DNA of 63,507 bases, the filler included, from Hausera hauseri (Eukaryota), in assembly GCA_046269625.1 (NCBI GenBank). It is 10 parts of 10 records of this genome, joined end to end, with 100 filler letters (N's around TTAATTAATTAA, not from the genome) between each part and the next. Parts side by side here need not be neighbours in the genome. Positions count along the whole stretch, not along the records: positions 47,045 to 51,325 come from JBJURY010660219.1; positions 51,426 to 56,057 come from JBJURY010496130.1; positions 56,158 to 63,507 come from JBJURY010020342.1; 7 more parts are not named here. One strand, 5' to 3'. Position numbers and translations under genes: made by a program. Below the pieces are notes generated by a model. That model had not been told where the DNA came from. It searched no databases and saw only the letters and a list, made by a program, of their open reading frames with translations. Shown one piece after another: positions 47,300 through 61,500 of this stretch; position 1 is the first letter of the stretch, and each line of letters begins with the position of its first letter.

Positions 47300-48250
47300 T
47301 CATTGAAAAGTTGGTATCTCTTGCCGTTGCCCATAAGCACCGCAAGGTGTATGTGTCAATTTATTATTTATATTTTTACCCTCCATGTTGGCTTGGCCTT
47401 GCATGAAAATGAAGGTGACCTTATGGATTGTAAACTTCTACAGTGATTCAAGCCACTGCCTGCATGTCGAACCAAACTTCACCCTCTTAAGAATGTTCAC
47501 CGAGTCAGGCAGAATGCAGAGCCTTTGTCATCACCTCCACAGTCAAGCCTCTTGTGGCCCATGGCAAAGGCACAACTTGTCTTTTTCCACTTGTCGAAGT
47601 CAGTGAATGCCCATATACACTGCTGTTGATGAATGACTGAGCCATCTTTAAATTGCAGCATCTTCTTCATTAGAATATTCACTGATGAATACTCTGGTTT
47701 CAGCCAGCGCTGTGAAATGATTTTGGTCTTGGGGTTTCCTGCCATGAGTGACAATGATTCAAAACGTATTAATACCGGTACCTAATCTTGTTCTGATTTC
47801 ATGATGCTGGCTATGCACAGCTGTGTGACAATGTCTTCTGCTCCACCCATCCAGGACTTGCCTCTCTTCAGCCTGTTACCATTTTCCCTGCTGAGCTCTG
47901 GGGGTAATACATGAGCTTCAATTTTCAGATATGCACATTTTCTCCATATCCTGTGTTCCATTGTCAGAAAATCAAGAAGTAATCTCATGGTGTGAATGGC
48001 CTCATTCTGAATTCATTCAAGTTTAACTATTTGTGTGTGGCTCATTTAATGGCAATGAGCACTAGTCTGGGGTACAACAACACAAGAAGCCGTTGCTCAA
48101 TGTTGGCATCTACCATAACTCTCATTCCAAATAGTCTGTTGCGAGCCAAGAATATTACATGCTCCACATACTCTTATGCGAGCCTTGGATATTGCATACT
48201 CCACTTATGATTTGAAAGGGAGATTACAATCAAATTTCACTCACAGATAT
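47300..48250 (-). mobile_element. Decayed non-LTR retrotransposon (I-group-like), RT C-terminus plus RNase H
   Basis: KLE*IQNEA, then F.DGSV...WAF (RNase H first Asp). Confidence 0.55.
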
Positions 48251-48369
48251 TGTAATGAAGCTGTCCTAGTAATATCTCTGACCACAGGCATGTCAGTGTT
48301 GACAATGTGATTGTTAAGAGGAACCATATTACTGTCTTCCAGAATAAGAAGAGTTAAATCCAAAAAAAA

Positions 48370-49090
48370 GTCGAAATGGAATTATGCCAGAACCAACTGG
48401 GGACATTACAAAAACAAAACATATCGACCAACTTCTTTGTGAAACTGATATAATTCCAGATGAAAACATCAATGCTATTTATTGATCAGCAAACAATTCT
48501 CAAAAGCAACCGCAGAAAATACACAGTTTTTGGAACTGGAACTCCACCTGACGCAAGGCAATAAAGAAGCACAAGTCCGCAAAGCCAAAATGCTTTCAAT
48601 AAACTCACCTCACAGGTCAAACTGAGAAGTAGAACTGCCAAATGAGGTGTCAATGACCTCGGAAAAACATGGAAACTCCTTATTTCTTGGCGGGGATCTC
48701 ATAGATCAAAAATCACACAGCTCCCAAACAACAACACACCAAACAGAAAACGCAAGCATTGAATACTCTTTGCTGATGGTCAACAAGACATGCAAGTTTG
48801 GACAAAACGTATGATGAAAACACAGAAGTCGAATAACAGCATTTTTAATGAAGAATTCAATACATTTGAATTAAAGGCCAGTCTCAAGAAGATGAAACTT
48901 AAAAAAGCACCAGCGCTAGACCACATAACAAGTGATATGCTACTCAAACTTGGTGAAGAATGATCGCAGACAATACTAAATTGTATCACCAAAACAAAAC
49001 ATAGAGACAAGGATGGAAAACAGCTAACGTCATACCCATCATGAAAAGGATATATCACCTGGTGAAATGAATAGCTACCGACCTACCCCT
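48370..49090 (+). mobile_element. Decayed non-LTR retrotransposon ORF2, pre-RT/RT N-terminus
   Basis: KWNYARTNW, FNTFELKASLKKMKLKKAPALDHI, WKTANVIPI.K, SYRP. Confidence 0.75.
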
Positions 49091-50459
49091 CCAGTATTGG
49101 GAACATTGCTTTACTGGTGGTTGGAGAAAGAGAAAATCATCCATCTCAGCCAAGCGAGTTTTTACAAGACCGATTGACCAGCTAATGTTTTTTATCTCGT
49201 GCATTGGTCATGAGCCACTGCTTGTTTGCAATATAGCTATTATCCCAGAATCGCACGAATTGAGCTATGGGATTCTCATTCCAGAATCTCACAAACATGG
49301 CTGCAAGGCATAGACACTTTCATCTCGGTATGGAGACGGAAACTCAAAGCTTGAGACCAAACAATGGAATAAACAAATGTGTATATGAACAGCGCACTCG
49401 ATAGACCGAAAGAAGAAGATAAGAAGGAGAAAAACACACTAGACAAAAAAAACAGGAAATTAGTCATTCCAGGAAACGAACCCGTAACACTAAAATGACA
49501 CCTTGCCATACACGGTCCACTACATTAACTATGCACCCCAAAAACGATGCAATCTTTATAGCGGATTATCCCGTAGCACTGAAAAGACTATTTCCGTATC
49601 TGTTATTCCAGAATACCCTGCTACACTCTCCGCATCATGAGAGCTACAATTTCAGAGTAGTGTGCAGTGCTCCAATACCGTGAGATCTCTCGTCTCAGAG
49701 CATTGTACATTATTTGTGTATCATGATTTCTTTCGTCACAGAGCATTACTCGTGAATTATAATATATGTTATCCCAGATACTTTGGCAATAAGTCCAGAA
49801 TGTCTTGCAAGTAGTCGGAAATAATGATGACTATCAATGTCGTACATTACTCGGGTATCGTGAGATCTTGTCATCAAAGAATATAGTGCATTACTTAGGT
49901 ACCGTAAAATCGCTCATCCCATATGTTCGGTGAGCATTTCCTGTAGAGTGGCCAGTTATCAACCCGAAGATCTCTATTAGGTATTAGATATGAAGATCAA
50001 TCTTCATCGCTGGTGGGGGTGTAAGGTGTCTGAAAAGCCTCCATCTGTTTTTAGATGTTTTTATGTTTAGATGTTTTTAGACTTTGCCAGAATATTCATC
50101 CAATCTTCTCAACAATTATTTTTGATAATCTGCTTTGATGTTTCCAAACTTAATGCATGTTCTGTCTGGGGTATTTGTGCTTCCCTCTTTGCCTGCCGGC
50201 TTTCTCATTGAAAGTGATGTTTTGTGGCCTCGTATCTACTGCATACTCTAGTGTCCACATTTTTGTTTCCTTGACATCGGCACATATATGTCAGCATAAC
50301 GCCAGGCCGCCTTTACTTTCCCAGAGAATTTCCCAGAGAATGGCTGGGCCCATTTTCGATTTAATACAAATTTAACGACCACAGTTGGTATTGATGAACC
50401 CATGGCCACACGACTGGCACGACGAGCGCACTAACCACAACGCCACCGCGGCTCCTACA

Positions 50460-50890
50460 ATGTTGCTTCCAGCAATTGCGAGATTCTGTGATGATCGCCT
50501 ACATGGCTCTATAGCAATGCAAGAGATTGCATTACCCCCATGGGTCCTGAGCAGCCCACGAGATTTAATCCCCTTGGATTATGAGGTTTCCCAATGATGA
50601 GATAAAGGAATAATAACCCACATGGCTGCCGAACAATGCGCGAGATTCAAGGATGATACCAATATAGCTCAAACTATGCGTGAGATTCTAAGAATATAGC
50701 CTCCATTGATCATGACCAATACGCAAGATTCCTTGATTATAGCCCCAGTGACTCGCGAGCAATGCATGATTATGGGTGAGATTATGGGTGAGATTGAATC
50801 GCAGTGTGTAAGGTTCTGTAACAACACAGTTCACGAGCAATGCGCGAGATTCCGGGATGACAGCCCACATGACTCGTGAGCAATGCGTGA
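50460..50890. repeat. Diverged minisatellite, ~40-bp period
   Basis: Recurrent CAATGCGCGAGATT-like core at roughly 40-bp spacing. Confidence 0.5.
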
Positions 50891-51002
50891 AACGAATGTA
50901 TGATTTACCATACAGATTTATAATTTTGTGGCATACTTTTTATTCCTTCTGCATTGCTGTAAAGGTTGCCCATGAATCTGAGAAGACCACAATGGTTCCT
51001 TT

Positions 51003-51325
51003 TCATTGATTTTCTTCTTGTTCACGTTGATTTATATCTGCAAATGTGTCTGTCTCCCTGATGACCTGCAAAGTGTTCTGGAGTTTAATCATGGAACCAT
51101 ATGTGTGTGTAGTGAAGTTTCTCTTGGCCAGTGAGTGTGCATCATACTGGGTGCAGTTTTGGAGGATATGTTCCACAGTCTGGTGTGACTGTCCACACTT
51201 GCTTGCGCAAGGCAGATTCACGTATTTTTAATTTTGTGTACAAGTGGCTACAGAATCTGTTGTGTTCTGGGAGTTTAATCATGGAGCCATATAGCTTTGT
51301 ATCTAGTGATGTTTTTCTTGGCCAG
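51003..51325 (-). mobile_element. Non-LTR retrotransposon 3' end with C-terminal zinc knuckle, partly duplicated
   Basis: KCGQSHQTVEHILQNC; GTGTTCTGGAGTTTAATCATGGA-like segment at ~51073 and ~51262. Confidence 0.65.
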
Positions 51326-51425
51326 NNNNNNNNNNNNNNNNNNNNNNNNNNNNNNNNNNNNNNNNNNNNTTAATTAATTAANNNNNNNNNNNNNNNNNNN
51401 NNNNNNNNNNNNNNNNNNNNNNNNN
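51326..51425. other. Artificial contig linker
   Basis: 44 N + TTAATTAATTAA + 44 N. Confidence 0.97.
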
Positions 51426-51499
51426 ACGAACTAAACTATATTTGATAACACATTTCATTAGCTTTCAAAATTATGTCACTTGAGCCTGTGCAATTCCTC

Positions 51500-52480
51500 T
51501 ATGTCCAATTTTTATTAGGTTCTTGCGACCATGCCTCATAATCGCGATTCCTGAGTTTTCTGCAATTCGTCGGCTGATATTTCTCCATGTTTGGATGAAG
51601 CCCCTCAGTGATTTGGGTTTATCTTGTCGCTTTGAATATGTGCTTTTACATAGAGCCCAAAACCTTTTAATTCCCCTTGCTTGAGGAACGTTAGGGGCAT
51701 TTTCAGATTAATGTACATAATTGATGTTTTTACCTTCCAGGAACTTGATGACATCTTTGGCATAATGAGAGGTTGCAAGGTCTGGCAAAAACAAAATTTT
51801 GTCACGATTGTGAAACTTATTTATAAAGGGCAGTAATCGCTTCTTCAGACACTCATCCAGATATATTTTAGCGTTGATTGTGTCGTCTGAAATGAAAGGA
51901 TCCGAGACGTTACTGTTGTCGTTAATCGCTTGCCAAATTATGACTTTTTTGAAGAACTTTGCCTTGCGCTTGATCATATTTTACTACCGCAGTATTTGCG
52001 CAGTGATACAATTTCTTTTCTGGGACGTCTTCAGGTTTCCAAGGGATGTACTTTTCGTCCTCCATCACCAGAACTTTGCAGATTGAACTTTTGTAGATTT
52101 CTCGGCACTCAATTTTGGCGCGCTGCTCCTGTCTATTAACGTACTTTGCCCAACTTTTGAAGCTTAATTTTCATGAGATTGGATTTGGTTAGTCCCAAAA
52201 CTGTAGCAGTAGGACGAATTGAAGTCGATGGGTTCTTAAAATAATTCGCGATTTTCGCACAGACTTTGGGAGTCGTTTTAATTGGAGGACGTCCAGGAAT
52301 CGACCGGTAATTACGCTCACCAGTACTTTGAAATCTGTTGATTATTTTGTACATGGTTGGTTTTGGTATATCGTCAGCAGTAAAATGTTACACAGTCTCA
52401 AACTTATTACTTTGGGCTACAGTTTCGTAGTAGGAAATCACCATTTTTGTCAATCTTTCTTTCTCCGCGCTTCATTTTTT
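51500..52480 (-). mobile_element. Decayed Tc1/mariner (DD37E-type) transposase
   Basis: HTH with GRPP, WQAI, PDLATSHYA, and 37 residues to NAPNVPQARGI[K]RFW (catalytic E changed to K); stops and a deletion. Confidence 0.8.
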
Positions 52481-55400
52481 GAATTTATAAATTTTTAAAA
52501 CTCCTACACCATGTAAACAAACAAATTATGGAGATTCCAACCATACCAAGCATATGTTAAAAATGTTTTTTTGTTATCATAAAACGTTTGCCATTTCATT
52601 AACTCTATTTCGTGAGCACCTGTTATTATGACATTCCGAAGATTCAGTGTTGATAATGAATAAAAATGTTTGGCGATTTCTGCAAGCATCGAATATACAA
52701 ATGATCAATGTATTACGGAATTCATCTGTCGATTGAATATAAATAAATTAAATTAATTCAACGTGAGATTCGGGTTCATTTTAATCCACCGATAGAATTA
52801 AAGAAGACGACCTTTAAATTAGTTCAAATTTGGAACTACATAGCCCGCTGAATCATAAATTTTTCACAATTGGGACTATACTCAGTATCTATTTCATGTA
52901 TTTGGAATTATTTAACTTAGTTCGTGAAATTTTAATTTTTAGGGAGACTGAACGAAACACTGTTATTCCCGATAAATGTTCATGATATTCACAATGAATT
53001 GGGCCGCTTAGGACGAAAAAGTGTGTAAATATTTAAAGGACATTTTACTGGTTTCACATGCGTAAATCGATTAAACTCCAACAAACCAATATAATATATG
53101 TGCAAAAAGAAAAACAGATGAAACAAGCACGATCAGTTGGTTATTGGTTTTGTTCATTTCAACATTCAAAATGTTGCTGGTATAGGGGTTAATACACTAG
53201 ATAACCTTAAATGATACCTAACATATAAATCCATAGGAGTTCACGTCTACCAATAATTTTGTTACCCATATTTTAACCATATTTCTTCGTTTGTGCGTGT
53301 CATTCTCGAGTGTCTCCAATAACTGAAGGGTTTCGTGAGTTGAGGGTAGACAGATGTTCTTTCTTAGAATAACCTCATATCGTCGGCACATGGGTCGTCT
53401 TTAGACCTTAGCTTGTTGCAAAGTTCAACAGTTTAGGTACCCGCACTGGCTGAAAAAATGTATACACTTCTGCTGATCATCATGATTCCTTCACTCGCTC
53501 CACAATCTGGACCTGTAGATTCATTTGCTCTTTTCCTCAGGCATATCTTCTTACCATGGACTTCGTCGTTTCCCATGATCATTAGTTTTGAAAATATAGG
53601 GAAAGAATCATAGTTATTACTGCATGTTTCTCTAAGTAATCAAGGTGGACACAATCAGTGAACAACAGGAAATATCTTTATTTCGATCAATGACATGGTA
53701 TCTGTTTGGTTTCAGTCAAGTATACTCATGCGATCGTTGAGTTACATTTACAGCGTCTCAGATGTATAAGAATATCTATAATTTCCATACATTTTGTAGA
53801 TGGGATGGTAACATTTAATGGCTATTATCGAAGCTGAATAAGTAAGTAAAGGGTCAATGTAACCGACGAATGTTTTTCCAATATCTGTCAAACGGACGAT
53901 TGAAGACAGGGTAAGGATTTGCAGTCCTCATGACATATCCTCCCATGCTGCCCATATCGTTAAGGCGAATATTGTACCGTAATGAATGAACAACCAGTAC
54001 AAGGATATCGGTTCAGTAATAGCGACATTACTGTCTGAAAGGACGATCGTATCTACTTCAAACGCCAACCTCCAAATATTATTTAAAGTATAGTCGTTAT
54101 TTCCTCATACGTTATAACATCAGACGCAATCCCTACGCGTCGTAATACTCTGTTGATTAAAATTCGATTGAACCGTAAGTCTTCATTATTCCTTGTTTCA
54201 TCCAAACTCCTTTATTCGTAATCATTATTCCCGCGAGTCCGGAGTAGGCATGCATTACTTCTCAAAGCGATCTTACCTTACTGGTACTCGAGTCGGCTTT
54301 CAATATTTATCCCGGCATGATATATAAAGTTCTGAAGTACTTACGTCTGCCAAAATGCATTCGCTTCTTGCTATTTAACCAGAGTACCTCCATTTGTCTT
54401 ATGATCTGAAGGCTTGTGAGATCATTAGCCTTTGTAACTCCTTTCGCATGTTTCCTCTTATACCTTTCACCATGAAATCTTCTCATGCTTTCTATCTTAT
54501 ATGATCTTCGGTTGATCCCCGCTTCTACCAATCGTTCAATTAAAATTTATTCATTCCTCTCCTGGCTATGAATCGATTTAAATGTGGTGATGGAGAATCA
54601 CCATTAAACATAATAATTGGTGACAGTAAGTATATGTCAATTTGTGTGTAATTATTGGAGAACGTAATAATTAAATAAGGATCGGGAATGGGGGAACAGT
54701 ATCGTAACATCTTGCATAATCAATGAACAACTAATGCAGGAAAATTAGTTCCGTCACAACTACATCGCCATGTAGGAAATACCGATTTTTGATTTCGAAT
54801 TCAACGACACAACCCGGCACAACAATACACGCCCCAGGCTAGTGTTAAAATTATACTGTATACTACTCTAGAAAATATTACCCTTTTAAAAATGGATTAC
54901 ACAATATACCAAGGCAACTAAACACACCGCAAAGTTATACACACTAACGCAATCAAAACGAAATCAAACATTGGAAATCGAATGTCATAACTAAATTCTA
55001 TTTATACTACGACCCAAGTATTGCTCGATATAAACCTAATAAACTTTATTTATAGCTGTAATCAGAACGCAGCTCGATTTAAATCAGACATATAAATATA
55101 ATAGTGTATCTATTGTTTACTCACGTAACTTGACTTCACATTTAACGACTAAATCGCAAACACAATCATGCTTATTCCACAGCGAAATTGCACACTGAAT
55201 CAACACCGCAAAGGCGCATGCTGCCATAATTCCACCTCTCCTTGACTTATTTATCGGTTTATCCTTGGCCTGGCTTCTTTAATGCAGGCAATCTCCCGAA
55301 ATTTACCTGTGATGAAATGACCTGAAACGTACAACCTTCGCGCTAAATTCCACTGACAAATTCGATGCAATACTACTATTAATAGATGACAAACCACAAC

Positions 55401-56057
55401 ATCGTTATAATTATACAACGACTAATTCATCAATATATTTCCATAATCACAAATCATTTATTTACCACACCTACGAGATAAAGTCATTCATCATATTGGT
55501 GGATCATCAAATATATTTTCAATATATGTTGTTCCGTTACGAATCTCGCATCCCTTCGACCCTTTCTGACTTTCATCTGCTTCACTATACATCTATGTTC
55601 CTTGGACGATTCGAGGAGTTTTCGGAGGTCCCGTAACCATCATTTTCAATCTTCAGTCCCCTCTGCACGTATTACCTGGCGCATCCCAGTTTCATATCAA
55701 ATTTCAATTTATTTATTTTTAAAATATTTATTATATGACAAAAATTTACAAATAAAAATCATGGGTAAACCAAAAAGAAAAATTACCGAGTGCATCTCCT
55801 GATAAACGGCTGTCATAGGCATTGTTTTCCTCAGTCATTATTAATCTAATAATATAATAATGATTTCATAAGTTGTCATAGGACCTAACCTAGTCCGTAG
55901 TTGTCAATGAAATTGAATATGTTTGCGTGTGTTTTTGAGTGCTTATTGCACTGGTATTTATAGTGGGACGTTCGACACCGTATCGTTTGTTTCCATTTTT
56001 AGAAAATGGAATTTTTGAATTTTAAAATTGGAATTTTCGACATCATGTCGTTTGGTT

Positions 56058-56157
56058 NNNNNNNNNNNNNNNNNNNNNNNNNNNNNNNNNNNNNNNNNNN
56101 NTTAATTAATTAANNNNNNNNNNNNNNNNNNNNNNNNNNNNNNNNNNNNNNNNNNNN
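56058..56157. other. Artificial contig linker
   Basis: 44 N + TTAATTAATTAA + 44 N. Confidence 0.97.
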
Positions 56158-57092
56158 ATTAGACGAAATAATACTTAACCAAATGATAGCAAGACCAATG
56201 GCATTCAAAAGCGGGAGAAGCTGCATAGAAATCATAACAATGATACGATTAGATGATACTCGAAGAATAACGATAAAACTAATAGACACAGTAATTCCAG
56301 AAATCAGAGTTTGCAGGATTAAAGGTAATCAGCAACGAGTTTGTTGTATGGTTACGAGAGGAAAAATATATCATGCCTATTATCTTCTGTTTAAAAAAGA
56401 AATGGAAAATTCAGTTATCCGATAGAACAAAAACGACCAACAATGTTCATACGATATAAAAATCAAAAAGAATACGACGATATACAAGAAAGAATCACGA
56501 CGTCACTTGTGCAATCCTCGGATGATAAAAGGAGATGACTATTTTAATTAAACCCTACGCTTCATATTATCGTCGAAAACGTTCCATATTGGTTAACGTA
56601 ACTATCATAGCAGCCCCCATTGCACTACTTATCTCCGTTAAACCAGATCTAGATTTCGTTAAAATTAAATTCAACTGTAAGAAACAAGATGCCGTAGTAG
56701 CAAAAGGAATCATAACCCCCGAAGATCTGATATTAACGTGTGCGGCCTTATGGCCTGATTTGAAATACACAGTCATTCTACAATTGTTAGATGACAATGA
56801 TAAGATAACCTCTACAAAAATAATGTCTGCAATCACAAAAAGTAACAAAGTAGAATCACCATATTGGATAAATACAGTTAAAAGTAAAACAACTAAACAG
56901 CCATCACAAGCGGTGTATAAGTATTCTCACCTAGAAATAATCATAATAGGCTCAATAGTCCCGATAGCAGTTGCAATAATACTAGTGGTATCGTTTAAGG
57001 TGATACGACGACGACGCAAGAGGAAACGAAGCTGGGTACGAATTAACCTACTAGAGCTAACGAACTCGTTAGCAACTTACAATCTCAGCTGA
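56158..57092 (+). pseudogene. Type-I membrane protein with fibronectin-III-like domain (5' part disrupted)
   Basis: LWPDLKYTVIL (FN3 L.P..Y pattern), S/T stalk, hydrophobic IIIIGSIVPIAVAIILVVSF, stop-transfer RRRRKRKR. Confidence 0.5.
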
Positions 57093-57596
57093 CGGTTAAG
57101 TCTAGGGATTGCTGTTTATGCAACCCTTTCAATAGAGATAACCAAATGTCATCAGGTTACCTATAGCAATAAACTGAAATATAAAAATACAATGATTACC
57201 ACTGTGTGTTTGATAACCGTTGTTTTGTGTGTAGAAATCTGTAATGACTTGCTATTGACATTTCTCTTTACAGTATCAACTTCGACCGCACATCAGATTT
57301 AGTCAATTACCAGATCAAAACACTGGTTCAGCAATGCTAAAACTCACCTCATTAATGCCACCCCAGCCAGTCAATATTACGTGGTCCACAACGACTATAC
57401 CTATAGTCTGAATTATCCCCAGACACCACAGATCCCAAATAATCTTAAGGGATATAGTATGGGCAATCGATCTCTAGAATTAATTTAGTTGACAAAGGCA
57501 ATTTCCTTTTATCTTCAGGACCTGATAATTTTGCCGGAAAGATTCCATTCTATAAACATTTACAATATTGCGGCAAATTTCACATCAAATTAACAA

Positions 57597-58517
57597 ATGG
57601 CAAAAACTTCTATACAGGGAGAGCTAATTAATATGGACCCAGATTATGCTCTCGGCTTCGAATTCAAATTCATAAGGGATAATACACTAAAAATCCTCTC
57701 CCTTTCAAATTGGATTATGATCGCATTCAAAATCATCAAACATAAAATCTTTCAACCTACAATCTCAGAAGGTAAATGCTTTTATCTTCCGGAACCCGAT
57801 TATCTACGATATAAAATAATTCCGTATAGAAGAATTCAAAACATCACGAACGAGGATATGATTATAGCCGCCGTTAATCTAGCTTATGACCAATGGAATC
57901 AGATGCAGCCAATCGGATGTTCAGTCATAACGTTAGATGGTCAAACCCTCTTCTATAGTGTCATCTCACCACGACAAAGAATCAATAATGTTGATACCCA
58001 TCAAACGAGTTTAGCTGAATCACACATAAATAATCAGATGGATACCAATGAGTTTTATCGAAAAATCACAGAGGTTCTAACAAACAAAATCATAATCGGA
58101 GCTGATGTTCTCGAAATGGTGATTAACCACTGCAAATGCCCAGTCAGACGGATAGCCGGAGTTCGCGATATCCTTTATCATGAAGAGGCTATCCGTAAAT
58201 ATCAATTAACGACAAATACCTATAAGGAGTTGGCAAAGAAATTCTACGATATTCGTGGAATGCCACTCCAAAGTACAGCCTTGGTACAATGTTACCAGGA
58301 CATCTACAAACAACTTAAATGGACAGATGAAATCATCATTCAGACTTCGGCCTCCGATTCGGTGCAAAAAACACCAACCTCTGGTGGTAGAAAGAGAAAG
58401 TTCCAGACAGATAAGACAGTAAACATCGATGAAGAAGTTTACGAACCAGAGGCAATCAGATATAAAAGCAGAACCTCAGATAAATTCATACACGTTCCAC
58501 CATCACTGGACCAATGA
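57597..58517 (+). CDS. DEDDh 3'-5' exonuclease-fold protein (REXO4/ISG20-like), probably catalytically degenerate, 306 aa
   Basis: ALGFE (cf. ALDCE), CSVITLDGQTLFYSVISP, EVLTNKIIIGA, VRDI, YKELAKKF in REXO4-like order; basic NLS-like GRKRK. Confidence 0.55.
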   Translation: MAKTSIQGELINMDPDYALGFEFKFIRDNTLKILSLSNWIMIAFKIIKHKIFQPTISEGKCFYLPEPDYLRYKIIPYRRIQNITNEDMIIAAVNLAYDQWNQMQPIGCSVITLDGQTLFYSVISPRQRINNVDTHQTSLAESHINNQMDTNEFYRKITEVLTNKIIIGADVLEMVINHCKCPVRRIAGVRDILYHEEAIRKYQLTTNTYKELAKKFYDIRGMPLQSTALVQCYQDIYKQLKWTDEIIIQTSASDSVQKTPTSGGRKRKFQTDKTVNIDEEVYEPEAIRYKSRTSDKFIHVPPSLDQ

Positions 58518-61500
58518 CAATCCCGTGACTCTCTTTCCTCTTTCATACAGTAAAATTCGGTGCAATTTTCTTCAACCCCCGATTCTTTTTGATGAGTCTT
58601 TCGATTCGTTGAAATGACTCTTGATTCGTTGAATTTTGTTTACGTATATGTGATTAAAATGGAAAGGAAATTATCTGTCGTTTCAAACAGACAATATTTA
58701 AATTTGATTCGTTGAATTTTGTTGATGTATATGTAAATAATTTTCATTATTTTGTCCTAATATGGACGTTTTGTCCTAATATAGATATTTTCATGTTTTT
58801 TGTCTACTATATAAACGGAACATTTTAACCCTGAAATCAGACGTTGTCTATTGATCATTATAAACTCGATACCTATGTCTTGTAAGTTCATTTGTTGATT
58901 TTTAAGTTTTGTTTGGTAACCTCATATCATTGTATTTTAACAATTATATTCCTTTGTTGTAAAGTCGTTCTCCTCCAAAGTAACAAAAGTAACTAACTAG
59001 CCGATAAATAATTTGGCACTCGGTCGACCAGGTCTAACGCTACCTGACGACCACCCGTATAATATTAAATAAAACAAAGATATTAAACAGTAGTGAGTAA
59101 TTTAACTTACTAAAGTACTACCCCATACAAATTACCTACTCATAGTTAGGTAGGTTGGCACAGTACCTCTCTGCATACCCACTGACAGCGGCTAAAAAAG
59201 TTAAAGTTAATTGTTCTCCCCATTAATTAACCATTTACGTAGAAGTCTCTCCCAAAGTAATTAGTGAGGATTGAACAATATTTATGATTTTATTAGATTC
59301 CTTTATTTATTTAAATAATACGAGTTTTAGATTAAAGAAACGTATAAAAAGTTGATTATTATTGGTAATCAATGGGTTATGTAATCTAAGGAAATTTTAA
59401 ATTTGCAATATTTTATTCTGTAGTATAAAAAAGTGAATCTCACCAAAAACCAATTCACAATAATGAAACATTTTTCTGTTGGACACACTTGCAATCCTAG
59501 AAAAACGTCCCTGGGTCGATCCTTTAAAAACGTTTCGCCACATGATTTACCGTAATTGTAAAATACCGTAACAAATAATGATTTGAATTCATCAGCAGTT
59601 ACGTTTAACGTTTTCTCATGTGTAAGTTTATAGAAGAAACGAAGAACATAACAAAGGACACCCACATTAAATCCAAATTTTTGAACATATTCTCTACTGC
59701 CTAAATAACAGTAATTCATATTTTTTGTAATATCACTAAATACTGCTTTCATTTTGTGACCATACAATTTCAAACTTTTTAACTCCACACAAACTTTCAT
59801 CTGGACATTGATCATCATGTTTCCCATGAATTTGATGTGTCTTTACTTCGGAATGTTGAACTGGAATTACTTTCTGTCTTTCAGTAAGATCACATCTCAT
59901 TTCAGTAACACACGTCAAACTAGAAAAATAAAAATATTGTTTGAAATTATACTAAATAAAATTAACCCCCAAAAAATATTGACACACCCAGATAAAAAGC
60001 ATTCTAAAGTTTATAAATTTAAATCAAATTTTGCACTGTTTGCATAATGACGCTCAGTTATTATTGATTTATTCAGATTCTTAGTGTACTAGGAGAGACA
60101 TCATGTCTAAAAAATCACCAATCACAAGTTTTTAATATGAATATCAGAAATTATTACAAGATACTTCTGTATAGTAAGATAATTTTGTAAATTGATATAT
60201 AAATTGATTTTGCTCTTAGCCTGAAATTGTATAGTATTGCATAATAAATTTTGTATTATCGGTACTTTTAAAATTAATGGTTCTCCGATTTGAAATCATT
60301 GAATAAACGCTAACTTTTGTGTTTATGCATGGTAAACCACTTGTGTAGGAAGTGTGTAAAATTAAGTAAATACTTTTATTTAACAAACATTTACTTTTAT
60401 AACAATGGCTTCCCAAATCTTTCAAATGGGTCAAATATTTTGTTTAGCCTAAAATATTTCATTAAAATAATTTTCTTAATAGGACACTTGTTTCAATAAC
60501 AAAGATGTTGCTCTGTGCAATTCCTTCTGCGCCGAATTTTAAAATAGTCACAGTAAAGTTAAGTGAGTGGCATTTCTCACAAACTCCTGTTGCCTTGGAG
60601 ATCATGGTAATTATTGTATTAGATTAAAATATTTCAATTTTGCATGTACTTTTAGTTTCATATTGGAGAACGACTTATACCAGAGGTACCAATTTTTCTG
60701 GATAAAAGCAAAAATATTTTTATATATGAATTCGGATACCCTACTACTCAGAATTTCATAAAAATCTGAGCGTTGCAGCAAGGAAGTGTTCAGCTTAAGA
60801 CTTAGACAACAGTTTCAAATAACATCGGTGTTGTGAAGAGAAGCCATTGATGTAAATAATGGTATAAACCAATGTAGAAATTATAATTATACCAGGATAA
60901 AAATTTTAGAAAAAGCCATGTAATACGATATTGGTTGAAAATTCTAAAGAAAAATTAATAGCTAGAATGGGACTATTTCTTCAAAGCAATTTAATCGAGG
61001 AAACGAGCAAATCTTACCCTGTCAAGGTAAAATTGACAATAAATCATCTTTCGAATCCAAATTGACAGTAACCTAATTGGAAAATCGGAAAAGTGAGGAA
61101 AACACTCACGAGAGCAGACTATATAAACGATCTAATTGAAATTGAGAACAACAAGAAAAGAAAACGCCAAAAATTAGAATCGAACGTGTAAATCTTAAAA
61201 AAATTATTGGTGATTAAATTTGGAAGCGACAAAAGTTTTGACGAGACGATCAGTACCAACAGTTATTGGAGACGTATCCGACTCAATATCATTTTGTGAA
61301 AAAGTAGTAACTCGTTGTTGTACTACTACTATTTTTTTAAAAGAAAAAGCCGCTACAGTTTTCTTCACCATCCCTTAAGGGACGTTCGACAATAGTAGGT
61401 TATAAAATCGTTACTTACAATCTATAGTTAGGTCGAGATTCTGTTAACGTTAGCATCAGATTCACATTCAGTACATGCGCGTAAATTTTAAAGCACAAAT

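Noticed and set aside
54670-54790. Minus-strand LFIDYARCYDTVP resembling a non-LTR RT motif
   Set aside because: Isolated short match without flanking RT motifs; too weak to annotate
59369-59918. Minus-strand ORFs of 152 and 60 aa
   Set aside because: No recognisable motif or gene structure
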